Under the pieces are notes generated by a model, which saw only the letters and a program-made list of their open reading frames with translations, searched no databases and had not been told where the DNA came from. Source: an uncultured bacterium (lineage in GTDB: Bacteria > Chloroflexota > UBA5177 > JANWHV01). Taken from it: DNA of 64,000 nucleotides. A program made the position numbers and the translations under genes. How positions within the stretch are numbered: the first letter of the stretch is position 1; each line of letters begins with the position of its first letter. The stretch covers positions 32,001 through 96,000 of the forward strand of contig CAWHAE010000018.1 of NCBI GenBank assembly GCA_963827235.1, in the 5' to 3' direction. Positions 1 to 11,060 of this stretch are shown here, piece by piece.

Positions 1-1
1 G

Positions 2-568
2 ACCGTAACTCATCTGACCGTCTATGCGGTAGAGTTCAGCAGAGTAGCCCTGCACGGCCGCTTCGTCCAAGCCCGTGGATCCAGTGGGCAACCCCCCTGC
101 CAGCAGCCGTCGGAAAGCCGTCATCAGGACGAACCGTTTGTAGCCATACTCGTTGATCGTGCGCACCTCGTCGTTGGCCAGGGCCACCAGCCGCATGCGC
201 TGGCTCGGCGTCAGGAGAGTGAGCATATTGAGCGAGGCCTTGGTCAGGAAGTCGGTGTTGTGACCCATGGCACTGGGGTCATTGTCGCGCAGGTACTGAA
301 AGCCGAAGTAGTCCGAGACCTTCCCGGGCGGTATGAAGGAATCCGACCCCAGCGAACCCGTCAGGAAACCGAGCCCGTCGAACGCAATGGTGGTCTGCTG
401 CGCGAGATCCGACAGTGTCAGCGCCATGGTGTACTGCGGCCCGGCTGTGGTCGACGCCGCCACGGCGGTCGACGACTCGTGCGTGCCGGATACGCTCGGA
501 GCAAGGACGAGTACCATGGACAGCAGACCAGCCCTGACAGTACGCGTCACCAGATTGTTGTGCTTCAT
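2..568 (-). CDS. Secreted conserved hypothetical protein, 5' part (runs off the window start)
   Basis: Not in the ORF track. ATG at 568 follows AGGAG. The frame MKHNNLVTRTVRAGLLSMVLVLAPSVSG...TIAFDGLGFLTG...PPGKVSDYFGFQYLRDNDPSAMGHNTDFLT is open to the window edge and starts with a signal-peptide-like sequence. Confidence 0.75.
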   Translation of the reverse strand, partial: MKHNNLVTRTVRAGLLSMVLVLAPSVSGTHESSTAVAASTTAGPQYTMALTLSDLAQQTTIAFDGLGFLTGSLGSDSFIPPGKVSDYFGFQYLRDNDPSAMGHNTDFLTKASLNMLTLLTPSQRMRLVALANDEVRTINEYGYKRFVLMTAFRRLLAGGLPTGSTGLDEAAVQGYSAELYRIDGQMSYG

Positions 569-1319
569 CGGAGAACTCCTCGACCGTTGGGTGCCGTTGG
601 GGAGCTGAACACCCCACCGGATGCTCCGCCACCGGGTCAGTGGCAGAATCAAGGCTGCACTCCAGCATCCGGATCGTGCATTTCGATGAGTCCCGCGGCC
701 GAAACGGGCCCAAAAGCTACTATAATCCAACAATTTCCTAAAGGCTATAGCCAGAGCTGGGGAGCCCACTACGCGGAAGCAATACTTGCACTGCGTTCAC
801 GCAGAACTGGCGAGCGGACAGGTGCCGCGCCAGTTGGAGGCCCTGTGATGGCCTTCGCGCCGCGCGCTGGCCCCAGTCTGCGTGCCGTGCTGGCTTCGGG
901 TGGTTGCCAACGAGCTGGAGCACAATACATTCGCCCAGGCGTGACTAGCCTTGCGGGCTCGAGTGCCTGTCCCACTGCCCGCAGTCCGCCTCGGCGCGGC
1001 GAGTGCGAACGTGTATGTTCATGCATGAGCCTGTTCGACGGCCGACGAGTTCAGCGTGAACCCTAGCATCCGATCCACACGATCACGGGGCCGTTATCAC
1101 GCGTTGCACAGCTCAGCCCGAGCTGCTTGTAACGGGCGTCGGTGACGGCTTCGCAGCGCCCACCTTGCACGGCTGAGCCCGCAGCAGTATGATTGGCCCG
1201 CCGGGCGGCCGGCAGAGTTCTGGTGCAGTCGGGCGGGTCGCACGAGCAACTGCTCTCCGCCAGCGGGGCGCGCCACGGATGTAGGGCTACACGTGACCTT
1301 CCCAGAGGGAGGCCATGAT

Positions 1320-4028
1320 ATGTGGCAAGGATAGCATCTGCAGCGCGAGCGCCAGGTCCTGCGGGCTGTCTCCAAAGGCCCTGAGCGGTCGGCCGATCCA
1401 GCGATCGTCCGGCGCTTGCGCGCCGGGCGCAGCATGGTAGTCGCGTCTCTGTTGGCGGGCTCCACCCTGACCGGCCAACTCAGCTGGCAGGGCGCCCTGG
1501 CCGGCCCGGCCGCCACGAGCGCGCTGACGCAAGCCTTGCCGACACCCGGCGTCCGCTGCATGGGAGTGCCGCTGCGCCCAGGCTGTATCGAGACGCTCGC
1601 CGGCAATCTGCATGAGCCTGCGTGCCTGGCCGTGGACGCGTCCGGCAACGTGTTCATCGCCGATACCGGCGACACTGTGGTCAAGGAGACCCCGGTCGGC
1701 ACCCATACCCTCGTCACCGTGGCAGGGGGTGGCAGCGACGACGTGGCGCAGGGTTCGCCCACCGACATCGCCCTGAACAGCCCGGCCGGCGTGGCCGTGG
1801 GCGAGCAGGGCGATCTCTTCGTTGCCGACACCAATGGCCAGCGCGTGCTGGAAGTCACCCCCGACTTGCACAGCTTCACCACGGTGGCCGGCGATGACGC
1901 CAGCGACCTGGTGGACGACGTCAACTACGCCATCGGCGGCGATAGCGGCCCCAATAAGGGCCAGGCGCTGCACGCCAGGATGGGTCCCAGTGCCATCCCC
2001 TGGACAGCGCCGGCAACACCTGCATCGCCGATGGCAATGAGTTGCGCAAGATCGACACGGGCAACCCACGGCACATCAACACGGTCGCCGGCAACCCCAG
2101 TCAGACGGGGGTTCGGGCGGCGATGGTGGACCCGCCATCCAGGCCCAACTCGACGACCCCGCCAGTCTGGCCTTCGACGCCGGTGGCAACCTTTACATCG
2201 CAGATAAGTCCAACGGGTGCGTACGTAAGGTCGATCGCAACGGGATCATCACCTCGGTCGCCGGCTCGGCCAGCAACGACTACGGCGATTGCGGTCCGGC
2301 CACCGCGGCCTGGTTCTGGAAGGTCTACTCGGTTGCCGTGGACAAGCAGGACAACCTCTACATCGCCGATGGCAACGATGTCGTGCGCATGGTCAGTCCC
2401 GACGGCACGGTCTACACCGTGGCGGGCCACGTGGCGGACCAGCCGCACGACCGCTGCGATCCGAGTGACAGCGCTACCACTGCCACCTTTGGCAGCCTCG
2501 GCGGAATTGCCTTGAACGGCGGCGGCAACCACTACCTCACCGACGCCGATGACAATGTGGTACGTGAGGTGCTCCATCCGGCCGCCCTCCTCGCCACTGC
2601 ACCCAGCGCCACGAGTACGCCTTTGCCGTCGCCGACCTCGACACCCGCCTTTGTCGCGCGGACCCCCAAAGTTCAAGGGCGTGAACGACGTGGGTGCGGC
2701 CAAACAAGGCTACAGTGTAGCGCTCTCGGCGAGCGGGAACACGGCGCTCGTCGGAGGCCCCGGCGACAATGGAGGCGCGGGGGCGGCATGGGCGTTCATG
2801 GAGCCAGGCCCGAGCGGGTACGATTTTGGGCCCAAGCTCGTGGGCACAGGCGCGGTGGGTTTGGCCGGGCAGGGCTCCAGTGTGGTCCTCTCTGCCGACG
2901 GCTACACGGAGCTGGTCGGTGGCAACATGGACGGCGACGGCACCGGGGCTTCCTGGGTGTTTAGGCGCTCGGGCACGACCTGGCGCCTCCAGGGGACCAA
3001 GCTGGTGGGCACGGGCTTCATCCACCGCCCGTCCTGGCGCTCCAGCGTCGCGCTCTCAGCGGATGGGAACACGGCACTGGTCGGCGGCCCGGTGGACTCG
3101 GCGACCTGGAGGCAGCAGGAAAGGAAGCTCATAAGGAGCCCGACCTGGAAGCAGCCGGGGCCCAAGCTCATAGGCGCCGGGGAGGACGGGGCCAAACAGG
3201 GCTGGAGCGTCGCGCTGTCGGCGGACGCGAGCACCGCGCTCGCCGGAGGCTACGACGACGACGACAGTGGAGCGGTGTGGGTCTTTGTGAACCCGGCCGT
3301 GCGGGCAACGAGCACCTCCACCGCTATGACCCTCAACGGAGCCGACTGGCAGGCTACGGCGCAGCACCTGAGCGGCGGGATCGGCGACCATTTCACCTTC
3401 GCCTATCCTGCTGCCGGCTCTCGCAGTCTCGACCGGAGCCTCCTCAGCGGTTCCATCTGGGGAAGTGGCACCTGCACCAATGAGTCCGCGGTCTGCGTCG
3501 CCGCCGTGCACGCCGGCAAGTTGCTCAGTGTGGACCGGGGTGGCATCGTGACCATCGCACTCGCCGCCGGACTGAGCGCATATCCGGCCTCCACGCAGCA
3601 CGGCGTCACCAACGACTCCTACGGCCAGCTTGACAGCAGCTTCGTGATCCCCGACGTCGTGCAGGGCGGCGGCATCAGTGGCGTGGCGCTGGCCGGCGGC
3701 CGACTACGGGAGCCACCCTGGAGCCTACTACGTCTATCTCTGTCCGACGCTCGGTGAAGAGCAGTCCGTCTGGGGCACGGATACATGCACGTCCGACTCG
3801 TCGGTATGCACCGCCGCTGTGCACGCGGGGCTGCTCACCACTAGGTTAGGCGGCACCGTCATCATCCAGATGGAGCCGGGGCTCTCATCCTACCGCGGTA
3901 CTGCCCGGCGCGGCGTGGCAACGTCAGACCACGGCGCGTGGAACGCAAGCTTTGCGTTTCGCACCCGAGCCGCAGTCCTCATCAAGGTGCTTCCGACATC
4001 GACGCCAACTGCTCAGGCACTCGAATAG
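1320..4028 (+). pseudogene. Secreted NHL-repeat + FG-GAP-like repeat + 2x LCCL domain protein, disrupted
   Basis: GGAGG then ATG at 1320, in frame with ORF 1416 but with TAG at codon 5 (1332-1334). NHL repeats (P.GVAV...GDLFVADT), FG-GAP-like repeats (QG.SVALSADG.TALVGG) and two LCCL motifs (WG....T..S.VC.AAVHAG) are spread over ORFs 1416, 2042, 2338, 2549 and 3678. Frameshifts lie near 1998, 2110, 2665 and 3700. Confidence 0.75.
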
Positions 4029-4563
4029 GCTGCTGTGTCCGCGACGAGACGCTTGCGCCGGCAATGATCGCGGTTATTGCCGCTCTCGCTGCTCCAGGTG
4101 GTGGCGCCGACGGTCGGACGTGCCATGGCCAAGGGGTAGCCTGCGGCCGACGACAGGCCGGCCTACATCCTGTGCGCCCGGCGCGTACATCTGGACCTGG
4201 TCTCGGGTGGAGGTGCTCTGGGCCTGAATGCCTGTCGGTGAGGCCGCGCTCTTGTCGCCGCAGCACCCAGTGGTGCTGGCTACGGGCGCGCGGACAGAAA
4301 GCGATCTCCGCGGTCCGGGCGGCCGAATCCACCGGTACCGGGCCGGCACCTACTCTGGCGGCGAGCGGGTGATGTTGACCGCACGACTCGGCCAGTCCTG
4401 CGCGCTGGCAGGTTGTTGGGTGGAGGACTAGCGCTGTCCCAAACCAACCAGCGACCAGGCAGCCAGCCACCTATCGCGCCGGCCCGAGCAACGCCGACGA
4501 TAGAGACAAGCGCCAGCATCACGCGGCCAGGCCAGAGCGGCTGACACATGCCGCCGGCAATGG

Positions 4564-6492
4564 TCAGGACGCGGTCAGCGCAAAGACAACTAACTTCTGG
4601 CTGTCTGGACTGGTAATCTGCAGCTTCGACCCGCCGGTCAGGCTGATCGCCGCGCGGCGGGGACCATAGCCCGCGCGCGTCACGAACGTCGCCTGGCGCA
4701 GCGTCTTCCCCTTCGCGTCCAGCACTGTGAGCTGCAGGTGCGCGACCAGGGTGCTGAAGTCTTGCAGGGCGATGCCGTACTGCGCGCTGAACGTGCCGTG
4801 CGGGCCGCGCAGGGTGGCGAGGTTCAGTGTCGCGGCGCCGCACCCTTCGACGTACAGCGACCACTGCTCGAGAGCAACCTGATGGACCAGCTCTATATCC
4901 TGCGTGGTGACGACGACGCTGCAGGTCACCATGAAGCTGCGCGGATCGAGGGCGGTGCCGCCCGTCGTGCTGACCGGCGGCTCGCTGGGCGGGTACACCC
5001 GAGCGTAGAGCGTAGCACGGCCGGCGAGCCGCAGATCGTAGAGGACGCCATTCGCGCTCCCAGTGAAGCTGATCTCGACGATGCTGGCGCCGGTGATGCC
5101 GGCACCTATGCTCACGCCCGGCCGGCCGAGGCCGGCGGTCACGTCCTTGGTGGTGAGGGGCTTGCTGTTCTGGTCCAGCACCACCAGATGCGCGGATATG
5201 GTCTTGTTGGCGCTGCCGTCCGCCACGCCGATTTTCGCCGAGAAGGAGCCGCGTGCATCGGTCATGATCAGCTCGGCCACGCCGCAACCCGTTACGGAAA
5301 CATAGGAGTCTCGCAGTACCGGCTGGTGATCCACCGACGTGTCCGAGGTGCCCAGGGTTGCATTGCAGAGTGCGGCCACGGAGTCGGGCGCAATAGGAAT
5401 CGACCCGCCGGTGGGGCTGCCGAACTCCTGGTGGTCCGGATTGTGGTGCGGGGTCACGGCGTTGGGCAAGAAGCTGAGTCCCGCCACGACGAGATACGCC
5501 CCGCCCAGATTCCCGCCCTCCATGGTGAACGTCGCCGTGCTGCCTCCCTGGAGGTTGACCCACATCGGTTGAAACCCGCTACCCAGATAGGAGAGGCCGA
5601 TGGATTTGCGTAGCAGATGGCCGGAAGCGTCCAGCACGCGGAGCCCAGCCTCGGTGGGCAGGCTGCTGTAGGCCGAAATGTCGCTCAGACCATAGCGCAA
5701 GGCCAGGGCCCCTGTTGCCGCCGGGGGAAGCTGCACCGTCACCTTGCCGCAGCCTGCCAACCAGAGCAATCGCGTCGACTTGATGTCAAGCGCGCTGACC
5801 GCGGTCTGCGGGGGCACAGCCGAGGCAGACAGCGTCGTGGCGTTGCAGGCCAGCTGCACGTCGCTGCTGGGCACCGGCGTACCGCCGGTCGGCAGGACCC
5901 CGCCCGCCAATGGCGTGGCCGCGAGGGCGCGCGCCAGCCCAGTGAGCCTGAATCCATAGACGAAGCTGTCGGTCGTGGTGGGAAAGGTGAGGGCGAGCGT
6001 CACGCCGCCGGATACATCGAAGTCGACGTGCGATGCAGTGCCTTTCGTCGCCTTCACGTCCATGGTGCGCAGAAGAAAGCCGCCCGAAGCGAGCAGGAAG
6101 AGCCGGAGCACTGAGGATGTGCCTGCCGCCGCGTCGGATACGGCGAACGTCGCCTGGAAATGGCCACTCGCCGAATCATTCAGGTAGAGCACTGCCTGTC
6201 CGCAGCCGCCGACGTCCCGGATCGCCGTGCCGGTTGCCAACGTCGTGCCGGCAGCTTTGCCGGGTTCGCCGTTTGGCACCACGTTGCAGTTGTAGGCGAA
6301 GCTCGCGGCCGTGGGCGCGGCCGGGGTCGGCGCGCCCGTGCGCGGACCGGGAAAGACGGGCGTGGCGAGCGCGGCTCTTGCACTCGAATGCGCCGCTTGC
6401 ACACTGGCCGCAGATAGACTCGAGAAGGCGACAAGTGCGAGCGCGGCCAAGCCTCTCACGGGGAGAGATCGATCGAACGGCGTCCCTGCCAT
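4564..6492 (-). CDS. Secreted protein with four tandem NPCBM/NEW2-like beta-sandwich repeats
   Basis: Signal peptide (GLAALALVAFSSLSAASVQAA) and a Pro/Thr linker, then four repeats of about 140 aa, each with C[NS]...GCG..., F.A..G..D and LD..G..L motifs. ATG at 6492 follows GGAAGGGG. Confidence 0.75.
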   Translation of the reverse strand: MAGTPFDRSLPVRGLAALALVAFSSLSAASVQAAHSSARAALATPVFPGPRTGAPTPAAPTAASFAYNCNVVPNGEPGKAAGTTLATGTAIRDVGGCGQAVLYLNDSASGHFQATFAVSDAAAGTSSVLRLFLLASGGFLLRTMDVKATKGTASHVDFDVSGGVTLALTFPTTTDSFVYGFRLTGLARALAATPLAGGVLPTGGTPVPSSDVQLACNATTLSASAVPPQTAVSALDIKSTRLLWLAGCGKVTVQLPPAATGALALRYGLSDISAYSSLPTEAGLRVLDASGHLLRKSIGLSYLGSGFQPMWVNLQGGSTATFTMEGGNLGGAYLVVAGLSFLPNAVTPHHNPDHQEFGSPTGGSIPIAPDSVAALCNATLGTSDTSVDHQPVLRDSYVSVTGCGVAELIMTDARGSFSAKIGVADGSANKTISAHLVVLDQNSKPLTTKDVTAGLGRPGVSIGAGITGASIVEISFTGSANGVLYDLRLAGRATLYARVYPPSEPPVSTTGGTALDPRSFMVTCSVVVTTQDIELVHQVALEQWSLYVEGCGAATLNLATLRGPHGTFSAQYGIALQDFSTLVAHLQLTVLDAKGKTLRQATFVTRAGYGPRRAAISLTGGSKLQITSPDSQKLVVFALTAS

Positions 6493-7094
6493 ATGGTGCA
6501 CCCCTTCCACAGAACGCTGCGCAGACCTTCGTCAGCCAGCGACCACGCGATCCTGAGAACTCCCAGCCGATAACCACTCACTTGAGACTACCAGGCGCAC
6601 CGCAATGACCCGCCTTCCGGGGAGATCAGGTCTGACGCTCGGTTCTATCCAATCCTGCCGGCGGTTGTGGACGCCCTCCTTTCTGCCGCGCCAGCAAGCG
6701 CCCCCAGCGCCATCATAGGGCGGCCCAAAGAACCAGCATAGTCGAGGAGCGCACTGTCCCGGGAGTGTAGAAACAAGACACCGTCTTTAGCCTTGCGCCC
6801 GTATCACTCGCTCTCTCGATGCCAGGGTCACGCCAGTATTCGACGTCCGAGTCGTTCCCGCATCAGCATGTCGATGCGCATAGCTATACGCTGCTGGCAG
6901 CTACTCCAACCGGCAGGGAATAGTCTGGCCACGGGAAAAAGCAAGCACTACTTGGCCATCGCGGCCGGAGGACTCCAGTACGGGGCACGTCGCTGCCGCT
7001 CGTGACGAGGTGCGCGTCGCGGTATACTCTGCCCGTACGCGCCTGCTCGCGGTATTTCCGCGACGTGGGGGCGGAATCGAGGCCGGAAGGAGGC

Positions 7095-7682
7095 ATGACA
7101 ATGTACGGGTTCCTGCGGTCCTGGCTTGCCCTGGCGCTGGCGGCGGCGATCCTCTGTGGAACGGGCACGGCGGCCCGTGCTGAAGGCGCCGGCGCCGTCA
7201 AGCTGGCGCGCCCCGCGGCGGTGACCGTCGTCAAGCAGTATGGGGCTGCCCTGCGATCGGTTCCCTCGAGCGACGCGCGCATCAAGGTCATGCTCGGCTG
7301 CGGCGCCTACCTGCAGGTGCTGGGGGAGAATAGCGGCTGGTACTACGTGAGCTACACCGACGACGTCACGCCGACCACCACTGGATGGGTGGGCAAAGCT
7401 CGGGTCGGCAGCGCGAATACCCCCTTGACCCGCATATGCGCGAACGCGGTTACCTTCCGGATCGGCGAGCATGTGTACACACAAGTCGCCACCGGCTGCC
7501 TCAGTCTGCGCGTCAGCCCGTCCAGAAGCGCCGTGTACCACTACTGCGTGAGCAACTACCACGACTATGTCGTGGTGAACGGGCCGATCGGCGTGGCCCA
7601 GGACGACTGGTTTGAGGTCACGAGCCGCTCCACTGGAACAGGCTGGGCGCTGGCCCAATATCTGAGGCCGTACGCCCAGTAA
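7095..7682 (+). CDS. Secreted protein with two bacterial SH3 (SH3b-like) domains
   Basis: GGAGG RBS and a signal peptide ending ARA. Motifs ALRSVPSSDA...GWYYVSY...TGWV and LSLRVSPS...DWFEV...GTGWALAQYL. Confidence 0.8.
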   Translation: MTMYGFLRSWLALALAAAILCGTGTAARAEGAGAVKLARPAAVTVVKQYGAALRSVPSSDARIKVMLGCGAYLQVLGENSGWYYVSYTDDVTPTTTGWVGKARVGSANTPLTRICANAVTFRIGEHVYTQVATGCLSLRVSPSRSAVYHYCVSNYHDYVVVNGPIGVAQDDWFEVTSRSTGTGWALAQYLRPYAQ

Positions 7683-7733
7683 AGTGTCCGCCAGGCCAGC
7701 AGCCACTGGTCGATCCGCCCACGATTGCCGAGT

Positions 7734-8951
7734 CTAGCCGGCGGCTTGAGTCGGCTGCCTGCCGGGACCGGTGCGGCCAAGAAAGGCACCTGCCGCCAGC
7801 CCAAGCGCGCTGCACACGGCGATCACCAGAGCCATCGGTACGGCGGTGCTCGTTCCGCCCAGGCCTACCAGCGGAGCGGCGAAGGCACCGACCACCGATT
7901 GCAGGCTTCCCAGAAGTGCCGAGGCGCTGCCCGCGGTGCTGCGATGACCGGTCAGCGCCAGCGCCGTCGCATTGGGGCCGACGATGCCTTGCGTAGCGAC
8001 GACCAGGAAGAGAGCCGGCAGGATACCGGCAAGCCCGAGCGCGCCGCTCGTCACGACCAGCAGGAGCGCCAGGCCGCCGCCGGCGATGATACCCAGGCCG
8101 GTGAACAACAATCGTCGCAGTGAGAAGTGGTAGATCAGCCTGGCATTCAGCTGCCCAGCACCCATAATGCCGAAAGCGTTGATGCCGAAGAGAATGCCGA
8201 AGACCTGCGGGGACACGCCGTAGATATCCTGCAGCACAAAGGTTGATCCCGAGATGTAGGCGAACATGGCGGCCGAGGCGAGGCCGGAGGCAAGCGCATA
8301 CCCCAGAAACGATCGGTCGGAAAGCAGCTTCCTGAAGATGCCGAGGAGCTCCGGCAGCCCGCCGCCGCGGCGATCCTCCGGGGGCAACGTCTCGTCGAGA
8401 CCGACGGCAGAGGCGGCAAGCAGCAGAGCGCCGATGACCGCAAGCACGATGAAGACGCCGCGCCACGACGTGAAGCGCAGCACCAGGCCACCGACGGTCG
8501 GTGCCAGGATGGGAGCGATCCCGCTCACCAGCATCAGCATCGAGAACAGCCGGGCCATGGCTATTCCTGAATGCATGTCTCGAACCATGGCGCGGGCGAT
8601 CACAATGCCGGCGGAACCGGCAAGACCTTGCACGAATCGAAGAAGGATCAGCGTTCCCATCGAAGGAGCTATCACGCACAGCAGCGAGGCAAGCGTGTAC
8701 GCCGCGACGCCAGCCAGCAAGGGGCGTCGACGCCCCAGCACGTCGCTCATCGGTCCGGCGATCAGCTGGCCCGCTGCGAGCCCAAGCAGGCAGGCGCTCA
8801 GCGTGAGCTGCGATTGCGACGCTCCGGAGCCGAAGTCGCGAGCCAGCTTCGGCAGTGCAGGTAGGTACATATCGATGGAGAGCGGCGCAAACGCACTCAG
8901 CGCGCCCAGAATGATCAGCACGTGCAAGGAGTGCGGCTCGCCGCGGTTCAC
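7734..8951 (-). CDS. Bcr/CflA family multidrug efflux MFS transporter
   Basis: PLSIDMYLPALP motif, MFS motif GPMSDVLGRRRPLL, about 12 hydrophobic segments. Confidence 0.92.
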   Translation of the reverse strand: MNRGEPHSLHVLIILGALSAFAPLSIDMYLPALPKLARDFGSGASQSQLTLSACLLGLAAGQLIAGPMSDVLGRRRPLLAGVAAYTLASLLCVIAPSMGTLILLRFVQGLAGSAGIVIARAMVRDMHSGIAMARLFSMLMLVSGIAPILAPTVGGLVLRFTSWRGVFIVLAVIGALLLAASAVGLDETLPPEDRRGGGLPELLGIFRKLLSDRSFLGYALASGLASAAMFAYISGSTFVLQDIYGVSPQVFGILFGINAFGIMGAGQLNARLIYHFSLRRLLFTGLGIIAGGGLALLLVVTSGALGLAGILPALFLVVATQGIVGPNATALALTGHRSTAGSASALLGSLQSVVGAFAAPLVGLGGTSTAVPMALVIAVCSALGLAAGAFLGRTGPGRQPTQAAG

Positions 8952-9530
8952 GAAGTCACGCTGCTACGGGGGTCACGTGACCGGCTGCCGGCACGGCCCT
9001 CGCTCGGCGCCATGGCGTCGCTCCGCGATAACGACAATCGGGATTCGGCGTGAAGCCAGGATTCATCCGCCGGTCTCTTCCTGGGCAGGCAACACGAGCG
9101 GCTACTCGCGTCGCGGCAGCACGCGGACGCCGATCCGCTGGCCAACCGTGCGCGGATCGTGTACCGAACTGCAGTGCCACTAGCCAAGAGGATATCCTTC
9201 CCGCCCCTGATTATAGCCGTGGCAGGCGGCACGCTGTGAGCGCATTTCTCAGGCAGTCTGGGATCATCTCTTCTTGGCCCAGGCTCGGGCGTGAACCGGC
9301 GCAGCAGAGCAGGCCGGCGGCAAGCATGTTACGCTCGACGGCGAGCTCACGGCTTCCACCGTCGCGGGCGCTCGAGGCTGTGATCTATCCTGAAGGAGGC
9401 GCGGGACGCCGGCCGACCTGCATGTGCGAATCAGACACGGGCCGGGCATACGGCCTCGCCGGGTCGTGTCGGCATGGACTTGGAACTGGACTGCGCTCAC
9501 CGGCCTAGCGAGAGGAGCTGGAACCCCGGC

Positions 9531-10508
9531 ATGGAGATACCGTCTTTTGTCGTGACGAGCACCGGTTATGAGGAGATACGCGATCATCTCGTGTCGGCAC
9601 TGCCGGGGGCTCGAGTGGAGATCGTGGATCCCGTGACCCTGAACGCTCGCGGCAGCCAGGCCGATGTCCTCATACCCACTATCAGTCGAATTGATCGCGA
9701 AACCATGCGCCGCGTGCAGGGTCTGCGCCTGATCCAGCAATGGGGAAGCGGGCTCGAGCGCGTCGACGTCGCGGCGGCCACGGAGCGCGGCATAGCCGTG
9801 GCCAACGTGCCGACTGAGGGAACGGGCAACGCGGAATCGGTGGCAGAGTGGTGTGTGATGGCCGCGCTCGTGCTAGGCAGACGCTTACCCGAGCTGGACC
9901 GGACTATCCGCGCCGGTGTGACCTGGGGCGGACCCATGGGGCGCGCGCTGTGGGGTCGCACTGCCGGTATCGTCGGCATGGGTGGCATCGGCAAAGCCCT
10001 GGCGGTGCGCCTCAAGCCGTTCGGCATGCGTATGCTGGCCGTCAAGCGGCGACCGGACCCGGCACTGGCAAAGCGGCTCGGCCTGGCATGGCTCGGTGGG
10101 CAGGAAGATCTGTCCCTCCTCCTGCACCAAAGCGATTACCTCTTCCTCTGTCTGCCGCTGAACGACCAGACTCGAGCGATGATCGATGAGGAGGCCCTCG
10201 ACCAACTGCCCGAAGGCGCCTGCATCATCAATGCCGGGCGCGGCGGCCTGCTGAGCGAGCACGCACTGCTGAGAGCGCTGGCAGGCGGCAAGCTCATGGG
10301 TGCGGCCCTGGACGTATACGAGCAGGAACCGCTCGATCCGGCTTCGCCACTTCTGGCCCGCCCCGAAGTCTTCGCCACGCCCCACATCGCCGGGGTGACG
10401 GACGTTTCATGGCGCGGCATCGCGCGCCGTGTCGCGGACAATGCGTGCAGACTCATGGCCGGCCGGCGGCTCGAGAACTGTGTCAACTGGGATGCCCTGG
10501 CCCACTGA
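9531..10508 (+). CDS. D-isomer-specific 2-hydroxyacid dehydrogenase
   Basis: NAESVAE, Rossmann GIVGMGGIG, INAGRGG, ALDVYEQEP and TPHIAG motifs. Start placed at ATG 9531 after GAGGAG. Confidence 0.92.
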   Translation: MEIPSFVVTSTGYEEIRDHLVSALPGARVEIVDPVTLNARGSQADVLIPTISRIDRETMRRVQGLRLIQQWGSGLERVDVAAATERGIAVANVPTEGTGNAESVAEWCVMAALVLGRRLPELDRTIRAGVTWGGPMGRALWGRTAGIVGMGGIGKALAVRLKPFGMRMLAVKRRPDPALAKRLGLAWLGGQEDLSLLLHQSDYLFLCLPLNDQTRAMIDEEALDQLPEGACIINAGRGGLLSEHALLRALAGGKLMGAALDVYEQEPLDPASPLLARPEVFATPHIAGVTDVSWRGIARRVADNACRLMAGRRLENCVNWDALAH

Positions 10509-10538
10509 CCGGCTCGACGGCCGGCCAAGAGTCGACTG

Positions 10539-10820
10539 CTACGCCCACGACTCCCAGGTTCCGTTGCGTGCACTGCGCACCATGGAGTCGAGCACGCGCA
10601 TGTTGGCCACGGCATCCTCGAGAGGAGCAGGAACCGGCGTGCCGTCCAGGATCGCCCTGCAGAAGGCATCCGCCTGAAGCGTGCATTGGTCGCAGGTATC
10701 GAAGACGACCTTCTCGACCGTATCGTTCTGGTGCCGTCACAGCTAGCATGGCAGGAGTCACCTTCTCCAGCCCGATCGCTGACGTGCTCAGGATGCCCCG
10801 CCGAACCCTGCCCGTCTGCT
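10539..10820 (-). pseudogene. Gfo/Idh/MocA oxidoreductase remnant with a large internal deletion
   Basis: N-terminal RVRRGILSTSAIGLEKVTPAM sits directly next to, in another frame, the C-terminal DQCTLQADAFCRAILDGTPVPAPLEDAVANMRVLDSMVRSARNGTWESWA*. Confidence 0.7.
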
Positions 10821-11060
10821 CCTCCCGCGTCGCGCCGACAATCCGCGAGCAGTGGCCTGGAATGCCAGCCTCGCCCTCGCTCAATCGCGTGGTAGCAGCA
10901 GCCGGGAAGTACGGACTAAGCCGCGGCGCGGCTCCGACCATCAGATCGACCGATACCGCGCAGCTGCGGAGCTCGTAGAGTAGTGGTGAACGATACCGCG
11001 GACGATAGGCGCGGGTCTGGCGGGCAGCGGTGGCGTGCCCGTAGCAAGGGAGCATAGAGC

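Noticed and set aside
683-705. Hammerhead-ribozyme-like string TCGATGAGTCCCGCGGCCGAAAC
   Set aside because: The core reads UCGAUGA instead of CUGAUGA, stem II has a mismatch, and I found no stem III partner with an NUH cleavage site.
848-1066. 72-codon ORF after GGAGG, downstream of a TATAAT at 721
   Set aside because: No recognisable motif, and the composition looks like non-coding GC-rich sequence.
11031-11046. Sigma54-like GG-N10-GC (TGGCGTGCCCGTAGCA) upstream of the GlsB/YeaQ gene
   Set aside because: Weak match to the consensus, very close to the RBS, and no enhancer-binding protein in the window.
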